Assembly: GCF_036365525.1 (NCBI RefSeq)
Contig: NC_090404.1
Location: 8,928,001-8,992,000 of the forward strand
DNA from: Heterodontus francisci
Lineage: Eukaryota
Direction: 5' to 3'
Length of the DNA: 64,000 nucleotides
The position numbers and the translations under genes are program-made. Numbering within the stretch: the first letter of the stretch is position 1; every line of letters begins with the position of its first letter. Shown here in pieces: positions 63,750 through 64,000 of the stretch. The notes below the pieces were generated by a model. It ran no database searches, was not told where the DNA came from, and worked only from the letters and a program-made list of their open reading frames with translations.

Positions 63750-64000
63750 CCCCAGGCAAGAGGCCAGCCCGGGGCCTACCGGCTGCCGCCTCCCACTCGA
63801 GCCCCAGGCTCTCTCCGCGGCCTTCCTCTCGACCTGCTGCTGCTGCTCAGCTCGAGCTCGAAGACCCACCTGTGCCGGCGCGCGCCGTTACCAAGCCCCG
63901 CCCCCACAGCCATGGCACCGCTGGCGACCGTTAACCGTTTCCCGTTCAAACTTCTTCATGTGGAACAAAATCCAGCGCGCGCCTCCAACAACCGCCACTC
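63750..64000 (-). promoter_or_regulatory. CpG island / probable first exon of a ZNF-family gene
   Basis: High CpG. Minus-strand GTTAACGGTCGCCA and GGGCGGGGCTT resemble the exon-1 donor region of the other ZNF units (32833, 38879). Confidence 0.45.

Overview
Eukaryotic, repeat-rich DNA from a cartilaginous fish. The shark identification rests on HE1-like V-SINEs, abundant CR1 LINEs, KRAB-less MEKPWKC-type zinc-finger genes and a shark-type TCR V. The left part (1-24083) is a tandem duplication of an antigen-receptor cassette, offset about 11.4 kb. Each cassette holds four things: (i) a TCR V-alpha-like pseudogene with leader and V in one exon and a damaged 23-RSS; (ii) decayed spliced exons resembling an Ig-TM-ITAM receptor gene (speculative); (iii) a CTCF-like motif; (iv) an intact TCR V-alpha/delta segment (leader exon, intron, V exon, canonical 23-RSS) enclosed by a ~260-bp inverted repeat of its own upstream promoter region. 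The second cassette stops abruptly at a 4.5-kb G-rich 33-bp minisatellite. The right part (28.6-64 kb) is a C2H2 zinc-finger gene/pseudogene cluster with an inverted duplication, filled with CR1, L2 and Deu-SINE-related LINEs, SINEs and candidate solo LTRs. It also has a 40-bp tandem repeat with RSS-like units beside a possible V remnant. I found no D, J or C segments. Most ORFs in the supplied track are retroelement fragments or repeat artefacts. All alignments were done by eye.
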